DNA of 64,000 nt, taken from contig JAZNDO010000108.1 of assembly GCA_045588105.1 (NCBI GenBank), positions 15,881-79,880 of the forward strand, read 5' to 3'. Below the pieces are notes generated by a model. That model was given only the letters and a program-made list of their open reading frames with translations, ran no database searches and was not told the origin of the DNA. Positions 1 to 8,175 of this stretch are shown one piece after another (the stretch's first letter is position 1; the number at the start of each line of letters is the position of its first letter). The stretch is from Christensenellaceae bacterium. GTDB lineage: Bacteria > Bacillota > Clostridia > Christensenellales > Borkfalkiaceae. The position numbers and the translations under genes were made by a program.

Positions 1-194
1 ATGAAATTGTAATTACTCCATTGTATCTTTTGAGGTAATCCCCAAGGCGTATTTGAAAATTCTACGTAATCCTTGAAAGAGTTAACAAGCAGCCATAATT
101 CAGGGAATATCAAAACCACTGCGTAGATAGAAAATATCACGCATGTGACAATCAGATATTTCTTATGCGCCACTATTCTTTTTGCTTTGCTCAT
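1..194 (-). CDS. Carbohydrate ABC transporter permease, N-terminal fragment. The gene continues past the left edge.
   Basis: My own reverse-strand translation from the ATG at 194 gives MSKAKRIVAHKKYLIVTCVIFSIYAVVLIFPELWLLVNSFKDYVEFSNTPWGLPQKIQWSNYNF. A GAGGGA Shine-Dalgarno lies just upstream. The N-terminal TM helix plus the FP.LW....SFK pattern is typical of MalG-type sugar ABC permeases. It is absent from the ORF track because the window edge truncates it. Confidence 0.6.
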   Translation of the reverse strand, partial: MSKAKRIVAHKKYLIVTCVIFSIYAVVLIFPELWLLVNSFKDYVEFSNTPWGLPQKIQWSNYNF

Positions 195-204
195 TGTTTA
201 TCCC

Positions 205-1908
205 TCATTTTACGTATAAAACGTTTAATACACAATCTTTTTCTACGACACAACTAGTAATAATGTTGCCGTTTTCATCCATGACGATTGCCGTATATCC
301 GTCTTTATTCAAGGTTGTAAAATCAAATCCAACGCCTTTTTCTACTTGCACAGTATAGAGTTCTTCGCCTGCCACTGAATTGATTGTCACGGTGCAATAT
401 TCAGCTTTCTTCGCCACAAGCGTAATATCATCCGTAATTGCCGTTTCAAGGTCGAAAGCTTCACCGTCTTTCAGCCAAACGTAACCATCTTCCAATGTAT
501 AAGGAGCAACCGCTTTTTCACCGTTTGCCACCGCAACCACTTGCGTCTTTACGCCGTATTGCTTAAATGTTACAAACGAATATCCATCGTAATTATCCGT
601 ATCTGCAAAAGTTTTCAATGTTTCTACTTCATACCCTTCTGCACCGACCATAATATTGCGAATATTGTCGATTTGTTCTTGCGTCATACCGCAAGCTTCA
701 ATCAAAAACGTAGCTGTTCTATCCGCAAGCGTGTCCCCTGCATAAGTATCCAGATAATCGAAAATGAAATCCACCACTACCGCTTGATTTACCGACTGCC
801 CTTTATTCCACGCACCCGTAGTTGCAAACATTGAAGTATAGTAATCTTTCTTCGCATCATCTTCGCTTGCGCCAAGCAACGCCTTGATAAGCATTGCCAT
901 CGTACCCGTTCTGTCACGGCCTACCGCGCAATGCATATCAATAGGATAGTTATTTTTATCCGCAAACACCGACATGATGTTCTTTATACTTTCAAAGCTA
1001 TTTCGATTGTTAATTCCCTCTCCGTCTTCAACGGTAATCGTACCAGAACAATAATTAGGAGTTTTAGCATCGAATACGAAATATTGTTCCCCTAACCCTA
1101 ACGGGTCTTGTTGATTGGGACCACTGCTTGCTTCCGCCAAACCGCGAAGATCCAAATCGCTCTTGATACCAAGCTTATCAAACGCAGCTCTACCTGCCTC
1201 GGTCATCGTTTCCAAACGAGCCGAACGATAGATAAGCCCTTGCTGTACGTATCCGTAAGCACTTTCAAAACCACCGATATCACGAGTATTAGATACGCCT
1301 TCGATTTCTATTGTACGAACGGACGAGTCCGTTTCAAACGAGAAAATAGAAGAATAGGTTTTACCACCATTTTCAAGGTTGGCGATTACCTGCCAGAAAT
1401 ATTCGGTATCGTTAAGAGGATTTTCAAGGACAACGCCCTCTACTTTATCCGCATTTTCTACCTTTTGCACCGTCTTGGTGAACTTGTTATCCAGCGCAAT
1501 GCGTACCGTATAGGAAGCAACGCCGTCCAAATTATCCGTCCATTTCAAAACGTTGTTTTCGGGATAAAATGCGTCATTTTCCTTGTAAAGCTCTATGAGG
1601 CGCGCAACGTGTTCCGCATCGGTTTTATTCACGCAAGTCAAAAATTCTTGATGCCCGTCACTGTATTCAAACAATCCGTTCAAATAGTTCATATCTACGC
1701 TTTCGCTATTCCACCAAGCGTTAATTTCGCTCGTATTGAAATTGAGCTTTGCGCCTTCGTAAGGTGTCACCGCGCGAATAGAAGAGGAAAACGCCAAAGG
1801 ATTATTTTCTGCATTTGCTTTCGTTCTGTTCAACAAACCGCCTACAACACCTGCCGTAGTAACGCCTACACACAAAATGGATATTAAAGTTTTTAATCCT
1901 TTCTTCAT
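205..1908 (-). CDS. Secreted tyrosine-phosphatase-family protein (PF13350-like CX5R phosphatase) with an N-terminal FN3-like region and C-terminal Listeria-Bacteroides-type repeats.
   Basis: Signal peptide MKKGLKTLISILCVGVTTAGVVGG. SNTRDIGG...LIYRSARLE...DLDLRG and the active-site loop HCAVGRDRTGT (C-X5-R). The AGGAGG RBS is embedded in the end of the upstream gene, only 4 nt after its stop. Confidence 0.75.
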   Translation of the reverse strand: MKKGLKTLISILCVGVTTAGVVGGLLNRTKANAENNPLAFSSSIRAVTPYEGAKLNFNTSEINAWWNSESVDMNYLNGLFEYSDGHQEFLTCVNKTDAEHVARLIELYKENDAFYPENNVLKWTDNLDGVASYTVRIALDNKFTKTVQKVENADKVEGVVLENPLNDTEYFWQVIANLENGGKTYSSIFSFETDSSVRTIEIEGVSNTRDIGGFESAYGYVQQGLIYRSARLETMTEAGRAAFDKLGIKSDLDLRGLAEASSGPNQQDPLGLGEQYFVFDAKTPNYCSGTITVEDGEGINNRNSFESIKNIMSVFADKNNYPIDMHCAVGRDRTGTMAMLIKALLGASEDDAKKDYYTSMFATTGAWNKGQSVNQAVVVDFIFDYLDTYAGDTLADRTATFLIEACGMTQEQIDNIRNIMVGAEGYEVETLKTFADTDNYDGYSFVTFKQYGVKTQVVAVANGEKAVAPYTLEDGYVWLKDGEAFDLETAITDDITLVAKKAEYCTVTINSVAGEELYTVQVEKGVGFDFTTLNKDGYTAIVMDENGNIITSCVVEKDCVLNVLYVK

Positions 1909-1912
1909 ACCA

Positions 1913-4900
1913 TCAATCCTCCTTTCTCTTTTTCATAATCTTTACAGCAGTTGCAAGCAATAAGATAACCCCAACGCCGCCAAACGATACCGTACCAAAA
2001 CAGCCTTTTTTACCACTCGAAGAGCTACCGCCTACGTTATCTTGAGAGTCACTTGAACTATTATTACCGCTACTTGAACCTTCCGAAGAACTATCGGAAG
2101 AATCATCAGGAGGCGTAATCGGTTCATCAACTTTGGTATATACGACTTTATAGTTCGCGTCGCCCTCTACCGTAATTGTTTGCACTTCCGTATCGCCTAC
2201 ATACAATTTATAAAGATAACCGTCACGAAGAAGTATGTTTTGGTCTAACGTTGCTCCATAAGCAAACTCAAACGTATATACGTAGTTTTCATCCAAGCCT
2301 TCGCTTTCAATAACAACCGTGTACGTCGTTTCCACCTTGATAAATTTCGAGGTTAATGCCAAATCACCTGCTATAATGTTGTTTACGAAATCCCATTTTA
2401 CGTCGCCAACATACCAGCCTTCAAACGTATAGCCTTCTTTAACAGGAGTTTCGGGTTCTGCCAACAAATCGCCAATATGATATACCGCTTCCGTTTCTAC
2501 GCCGTCAAAGGTAACCGTTACCCTATCCGTATCTTCAACAATAACCGTAATCGTATGTTGCACAATATTACCCGCAGCATCGGAAACGGAGAGAGTTACA
2601 ACCCAAGCGCCTTCGTTCAGTTTGCCGTCCGTTACAGCACCTTCTTGCCAAAGCACTTGAACGGTGCTTTCATCTACTACGCCATCCTTGTTATCCATAA
2701 CGTCGATAACTGCTTGGAATACGCTATCTGCAGGTTTCTCTGCATTTACTTCATAACGATATGCGTCTTTACCTTGCCAATAAAGAATAGGTTTCTTAAT
2801 GTCCCCTGCTTTATAGTCCGCAAAGGCATTATTACCTTGTTCATTTTGAACACCGACTTTCGTTCCTAAAGCATCTTTAGAAAGACCAGTTGCTTTTACA
2901 ACATAAACCCCGTCAATCGCTACGCTTACAGAAAGCGTTTCTGCTACGTCAACTGCAACGCGAACAGCAAACCATTCGTTTTCCGTCCACAAATAGGATG
3001 CGTTGGCAACTTCTTGACCGTTCACGAACAAAAGCACTCTTTCGTTCCCCGTCAAAACATCGCCGATAAACACTACCTTAATACCGTCAAATTCCGTCGT
3101 ATAATGCGTTGAGAACATCACAGTATTATCGATACTATCATTTTTAAGCAAGAAACTGTAAATAACGCTATCACTTGCCGTAAGCGTACTTTCTACGCTT
3201 ACAACGCCGCTCAACGTATTCGTTGCTTCTCCAAACAAATCCGTAACCGTCGTATATTCCGCATCTTCGCTTTCTACAATATCAGGCTTAATATTCGTCC
3301 ATTCGCCTTCATACAAGTAAAGCGTTACTTCCGACAGTACGCACCCCATAAATATGGTGCCGCCTTCAATATGCAGCGTTACGCAACCATAACCTTCTTT
3401 CGAGAGCATATATTCGGGAATTGCGAAATGGAAATAGTTATAACCATGCGCATAAGTTACTTGCACTCTGTTATCCAGCTCGTATAATTCAGCCATCGTC
3501 TTGCCGTCAATCGTCATTGCCGTTGCAATGGGAGCTTTTAAGGCGGGATTTGCCAAGTTGTTAGCATCCGCATGGTTTACAGTACCATTATCGGGGCCAA
3601 GGAAGTTTACGCCAAATTCACCAAACTGCAAAATATTGTTGGAAATACCAGAGCCTAACAAATTGTTCCAACCAGGTGCGATACCGTTATACTGCAACGG
3701 AGTCGGATCAAAACTCTCTGCATTGAGCCAATGTCCCTCATAAAGAATATATCTACATGCAGGCAACACTTGTCCCATAAAGGTTGTACCTTTTTCGATG
3801 GTCAAGTAGGTATATTCCCCTTCTGCCGCCTCAAGATATTCTTTTGCAACCATAATATACAAATATTTGTAGCCATGTTCATAGCTTATCGTTGTTTTAT
3901 TATCCTGCAAATACAACTCATAAAGGGATACGCCGTTAATCTTGATACCAGTTGCAGCGGGATAAGTAACCCTCGCGGCTTGATTGGTCGTATCTGCTTC
4001 CGCCGCAAATTCAGCCGAGAACTTAAATACGTTAGAAGAATAACCTTCTTGATATTCAACATTATCCCAAGCACCGCTTGCAGGCCCCGAACAGGTTACC
4101 GTAGGTTCTTTGCTACTATCAATAAACGACCAAATACCATTATTCAAATATAAAGTCATTTGCGGAATATTTTGTCCTGCAAACGTTGCGCCTTCCGCAA
4201 TCGTCAGCGTAGTATATTCGCCCGTCCAAGCAATCGTCAACGAACGTTCACCCTTCGTTACGCTACCGCCGATAGAAGTCAAAGAAACGTCGCCTAAAAT
4301 CACCTTATCCGCAAGCGTTCCAATATCGTCCGTCCATTCGTTTTCATCGTTAAAATACAGCGTAAGGATATTTGCGCTATTTGTTTCTTCCGTGTTACCA
4401 AGCGCAATAAACGTCGTATCCTTTGCGGGTACTGTAATCTTATAATCCGCAGGTTGTTCCGTTGTCCAAGCGCCTTCAACTAAATACAAAGTAACTTCCG
4501 TATAAGTTATCGTTTCGCCGTTTATGTCCGTAACCGTTGCACCTTCTTCAAAATGAATGGTTGCGTGAGAATAATTTTTATATCCTGCCGCCGCTTGTTC
4601 ATACGTATAATGAATCCAAAGACCGCCGCCAAGCGTAATTACCATAATCGAATCGTTCTTCGGTGCCCCACCACAAGTCATCGGTACGCCGTTAAAAGTT
4701 ATTCCAGAAACTGTGCTTGCGTGTTGATTAAACGCCAACTCACCGCTATCAAAATCAAGCGTTACCTGATAGAACGAACCGTTGTCGGCATGGTTTTGCG
4801 TAGCCCCTACCCCGTCAATCGTGAAATCAACAAACGAAGCAGGCGGAATTTCCACGTGGTATCCATCGGGTTTGGTTGTCGTCCAAGCGCCGTCTACTAA

Positions 4901-7018
4901 ATACAATGTTGCTCCGCCTAAAGTAAACTCTTTCCCTACGGTATTCGTAACCTTCGCGCCTTCTTCAATTACGAGCGTAGGATGTGAATATCCTTTATAA
5001 TCATCAACGCATTTATCCGCCGCCAACCAAAGTAATACCTGATTTGCACCCCATAATGCTACGCCGATGCTTTCGCCGTTTAAGCTAAAACCCGTTGAGC
5101 TAAGCGCTGTATGCATACCTTCCGTTTCAAAACCCGTCGTATCGTAAATTAAAGAAACACCGTACGCATTAAGACCTTCGCTATATGTGTGATTTAATTC
5201 ACCGATAGAAACGAAATCAGGACTGTAATTCGTGGTATCTATAATCCCATAATCTTCGGGTTGTTCCGTCGTCCAAGCACCGTTCACCAAATACAACGTC
5301 AATTCCGCATAAGTTATCGTTTCACCGTTTACGTCCGTAACCATTGCACCTTCTTCAAAATGAATGGTTGCGTGCGAATAATTCTTATATCCTGATGCCG
5401 CCTGTGCATCCGTATAATGAATCCAAAGACCATTATTCAAGGTGATAACCATAATCGAATCACCGCTAGGTGCCCCGCCACAAGTCATCGGCACGCCATT
5501 GAAGGTAAGCCCCGAAACTGCTGCCGCATGCTGATTCAGCGCCAATGCTGCACCATCAAAATCAAGCGTAACTTGATAGAACGAACCGTTGTGAACATGG
5601 TTTTGTGTAGCAATACCAGTGATGCTAAAATCAACAAACGAAGCATTCGCCATCTGTACATTGTACCCATCAGGCTTCGTCGTCGTCCAAGCGCCATCTA
5701 CCAAATACAACGTTGCACCGCCAAGCGTAAACGTTTTTCCGCTTTCATTCGTTATAGTAGCACCGTTTTCAATCACAAGTGTAGCGTGCGAATAGCCATT
5801 GTAATCAGCCGCACATTTATCCTTTGCAAGCCAAAACAAAAGCTGTTCACCGCCCCAAAGCGCAGGGTTAACCGCCTCACCATTCAAAGTAAAGCCCGCA
5901 GACGAAGAAGGCATTACTTGATTACCTGCCGTCGTAAATCCTGTCGTATCGTAAATCAACGACAACCCGTATGCACCCAAGGCTTCATTATCGTAATGAT
6001 TAAGACTGCCCACGGATACGAAATCAGGGTTATAGTTCGTTTCTACTGGTTTATCGCATACCGCCCAAGCCGTACCATCGAATTGAAAATAGATATCATT
6101 TGCAATTTCATAAATATTTGTATCCGTACCGCCGATGTCAAAGGTCGCGCCTGCTGGCAAGCATAATACAGAGCCTACTTCAGGATTTGTCGTAATACAC
6201 ATAATGATACCGCCGCTTGCGCCAATCCAGTTAGGGCAACGGAACAATATATTATTTACATCTACCGCTTCACCGTTAATCGTCATCTTGGAAAGTAAAT
6301 CGCTAAAATCAGCATCCAAATCGCCGTTTCCGCTAATACCGCCATTGAACTGCAAGAAGGTACCATACATATTTTGAAGTGGATTGTTATTCCAAGCTCC
6401 ATGAATGGAACTAAAAGATACTTTCGTCGTTTCCTTCGGTGCTTCCACTTCTTTCATATTTACCGTAATGCTATCGATATAATAAGCGGTTGCCGTGCCG
6501 TGAACACGTGCACCGAACGTTGCCGATGCAAGATAGCCATTTGCGTCCGTCAAACCGGTCATCACCGCCGAGCTTAACGTAATGTCACACCATGTGGACA
6601 TATCGTATGCTTCGTTTTGCCACCAACCTGCCGACAACGCAGCGTTGGATGCTCTAAAGCTATCAGACGAACTATATTCAGGCGAATACATCCTTACCAC
6701 GATACTTTCTACGTTTGCCGCCAAAATCTTAGACGCGCTGAAATCCACGGTTATGTACGCACTGCCCGCGTTTACATTAACCTTTAAGACAGCGCCTTCG
6801 CCCGTACCCAAATCCGCAGCGTTTACATACTCAAGCGTATTTGTTCCATACTGACTTACTGAAAATTGACCGTTATTTGTAAGCTCTGTTTCTACTGCCG
6901 TTACGTCCGCATTTGCCGTTGTCGTTTGTGAAAAAGCGAACGCTCCGCCAACACTCAAACAGACAGTCGCGCAAAGCGCAGCCATTACGGTAACCAGTTT
7001 TTTGGTGGTTTTTCTCAT
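1913..7018 (-). CDS. Giant cell-surface repeat protein, 1701 aa. Order of parts: signal peptide, beta-sandwich (CBM-like) domain, at least 8 uncharacterised ~125-aa modules, Ig-like segment, Listeria-Bacteroides repeat, Ser-rich stalk, C-terminal TM anchor.
   Basis: Uninterrupted 5.1-kb ORF with a GGAGGA RBS. Signal peptide MRKTTKKLVTVMAALCATVCLSVGGAFAFS. Recurrent motif E.G..F......TLYL..G.W. EGYTFEGWY repeat. Tail is SSSGKKGCFGTVSFGGVGVILLLATAVKIMKKRKED. Confidence 0.85.
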   Translation of the reverse strand: MRKTTKKLVTVMAALCATVCLSVGGAFAFSQTTTANADVTAVETELTNNGQFSVSQYGTNTLEYVNAADLGTGEGAVLKVNVNAGSAYITVDFSASKILAANVESIVVRMYSPEYSSSDSFRASNAALSAGWWQNEAYDMSTWCDITLSSAVMTGLTDANGYLASATFGARVHGTATAYYIDSITVNMKEVEAPKETTKVSFSSIHGAWNNNPLQNMYGTFLQFNGGISGNGDLDADFSDLLSKMTINGEAVDVNNILFRCPNWIGASGGIIMCITTNPEVGSVLCLPAGATFDIGGTDTNIYEIANDIYFQFDGTAWAVCDKPVETNYNPDFVSVGSLNHYDNEALGAYGLSLIYDTTGFTTAGNQVMPSSSAGFTLNGEAVNPALWGGEQLLFWLAKDKCAADYNGYSHATLVIENGATITNESGKTFTLGGATLYLVDGAWTTTKPDGYNVQMANASFVDFSITGIATQNHVHNGSFYQVTLDFDGAALALNQHAAAVSGLTFNGVPMTCGGAPSGDSIMVITLNNGLWIHYTDAQAASGYKNYSHATIHFEEGAMVTDVNGETITYAELTLYLVNGAWTTEQPEDYGIIDTTNYSPDFVSIGELNHTYSEGLNAYGVSLIYDTTGFETEGMHTALSSTGFSLNGESIGVALWGANQVLLWLAADKCVDDYKGYSHPTLVIEEGAKVTNTVGKEFTLGGATLYLVDGAWTTTKPDGYHVEIPPASFVDFTIDGVGATQNHADNGSFYQVTLDFDSGELAFNQHASTVSGITFNGVPMTCGGAPKNDSIMVITLGGGLWIHYTYEQAAAGYKNYSHATIHFEEGATVTDINGETITYTEVTLYLVEGAWTTEQPADYKITVPAKDTTFIALGNTEETNSANILTLYFNDENEWTDDIGTLADKVILGDVSLTSIGGSVTKGERSLTIAWTGEYTTLTIAEGATFAGQNIPQMTLYLNNGIWSFIDSSKEPTVTCSGPASGAWDNVEYQEGYSSNVFKFSAEFAAEADTTNQAARVTYPAATGIKINGVSLYELYLQDNKTTISYEHGYKYLYIMVAKEYLEAAEGEYTYLTIEKGTTFMGQVLPACRYILYEGHWLNAESFDPTPLQYNGIAPGWNNLLGSGISNNILQFGEFGVNFLGPDNGTVNHADANNLANPALKAPIATAMTIDGKTMAELYELDNRVQVTYAHGYNYFHFAIPEYMLSKEGYGCVTLHIEGGTIFMGCVLSEVTLYLYEGEWTNIKPDIVESEDAEYTTVTDLFGEATNTLSGVVSVESTLTASDSVIYSFLLKNDSIDNTVMFSTHYTTEFDGIKVVFIGDVLTGNERVLLFVNGQEVANASYLWTENEWFAVRVAVDVAETLSVSVAIDGVYVVKATGLSKDALGTKVGVQNEQGNNAFADYKAGDIKKPILYWQGKDAYRYEVNAEKPADSVFQAVIDVMDNKDGVVDESTVQVLWQEGAVTDGKLNEGAWVVTLSVSDAAGNIVQHTITVIVEDTDRVTVTFDGVETEAVYHIGDLLAEPETPVKEGYTFEGWYVGDVKWDFVNNIIAGDLALTSKFIKVETTYTVVIESEGLDENYVYTFEFAYGATLDQNILLRDGYLYKLYVGDTEVQTITVEGDANYKVVYTKVDEPITPPDDSSDSSSEGSSSGNNSSSDSQDNVGGSSSSGKKGCFGTVSFGGVGVILLLATAVKIMKKRKED

Positions 7019-7140
7019 AACTTTCCTCCAAAATTATTTTTAATATTCTAAAGAATATTCCATTCTCATTCTAATTATATCACACCTTACTTTTCCCAAC
7101 AATGATATTATTTGACAGAAAACTACTAAAATTTGACCTA

Positions 7141-7176
7141 AAAAAGCAAAAACCTCGCTTTTTATTGCGAGGTTTT
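7141..7176 (-). terminator. Rho-independent terminator after the AraC gene.
   Basis: AAAACCTCGC (7149-7158) pairs with GCGAGGTTTT (7167-7176) around an 8-nt loop. Read on the minus strand it is followed by TTTGCTTTTTT. Confidence 0.7.
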
Positions 7177-7181
7177 ATCAT

Positions 7182-8051
7182 TTAATCATTCCAATCAACA
7201 TACGGATCCTTTGACACTTTATCGTCCACATCCTTCCTATATTTCCCGGGCGAAATCCCGTATTCTTTTTTGAAAGCATTGATAAAGTTATTACAGGAAG
7301 GGAAGCCTACTTTGTAAGAAATATCTTCCACGGAAAAGTCAGATGTTGCAAGCAATAAAGCCGCTTGCGCCAAGCGTGCTTGATTGACATATTGCTTTAA
7401 TGATTTTCCAATATAGTATTTAAACTTTCTTGATACATATTCGTGGGTATAATTGGTTGATTTTGCAATTGCATCCACAGATAAAAGCAGGAAATCCAAC
7501 TTTTCCAAATTGCGTAATAATTCATTCAGCCAAAGCGGATAGACAGAAAGCCTTTCTTTGCACTGCAAATATAAGTCTAAGCAAAAAATAATACTGCTTT
7601 TGTGTTGTGCGTCCAAGGCTTTGCTTTCTTTTTTATTTCCTAACCCAGCCAAAATTTCCGATAGCGCAAGCTGCTGATTGGATGTTATACGATAACACTG
7701 TCCGAATGGAGCATTTACAATTTCGTCATAAAGTCCTTCATCGAGAAAATCACAACATTCTTTCATTCTTCCGACGGAAAGATAAATATCACGATGGCGA
7801 TACCCATTGGGGCCTTCCGCAATCTCGCTATAAAGCGAAACGTCTTCGGGAGAAATAATCAACATATCCCCTGCTTTGATCGTTTGTATCTTTTTCTTCT
7901 TCCCTTTTTTTGAAAATAATGTCAAAACAGCCGAACCACTTTCCACGTACATAATCTTAAAAAAAGTATTTCTATGTGGCTCTATCGGCGGATATGTAAT
8001 AATTGCCGTATATGGACAATTTTCAATTACCTTTGGTGTAAATATTCTCAT
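7182..8051 (-). CDS. AraC-family transcriptional regulator (cupin-like N-terminal domain plus C-terminal double HTH).
   Basis: The C-terminal region (SVDAIAKSTNYTHEYVSRKFKYYIGKSLKQYVNQARLAQAALLLATSDFSVEDISYKVGFPSCNNFINAFKKEYGISPGKYRK) is the AraC/XylS HTH signature. It sits directly upstream of the 1701-aa gene on the same strand. Confidence 0.85.
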   Translation of the reverse strand: MRIFTPKVIENCPYTAIITYPPIEPHRNTFFKIMYVESGSAVLTLFSKKGKKKKIQTIKAGDMLIISPEDVSLYSEIAEGPNGYRHRDIYLSVGRMKECCDFLDEGLYDEIVNAPFGQCYRITSNQQLALSEILAGLGNKKESKALDAQHKSSIIFCLDLYLQCKERLSVYPLWLNELLRNLEKLDFLLLSVDAIAKSTNYTHEYVSRKFKYYIGKSLKQYVNQARLAQAALLLATSDFSVEDISYKVGFPSCNNFINAFKKEYGISPGKYRKDVDDKVSKDPYVDWND

Positions 8052-8138
8052 ATATGTTTCCCCTTTAGTCTATTATAGCAAATTTTCTCGCACAAGTCAA
8101 TGTAAAATCAAAATCGCAGACTGGGAGTTTTTAACAAA

Positions 8139-8167
8139 CTGCCCACCGATGAATTGTCGGTGGGCAG
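8139..8167 (-). terminator. Terminator hairpin after the 2030-aa gene.
   Basis: CTGCCCACCGA / TCGGTGGGCAG form a perfect 11-bp stem with a 7-nt loop, 9 nt past the stop at 8176. A T-rich tract follows on the minus strand. Confidence 0.65.
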
Positions 8168-8175
8168 CCTTAAAA

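Noticed and set aside
5417-6166. Plus-strand ORFs inside the giant genes (for example 541-834, 1108-1887, 4553-4900, 5417-6166, 11605-12090, 12205-12750, 12805-13353).
   Set aside because: These are antisense shadow ORFs of very long minus-strand genes. They have Arg/Ile/Cys-rich nonsense-like composition, no RBS and no recognisable domains. Their duplication simply mirrors the DNA repeats of the real genes.
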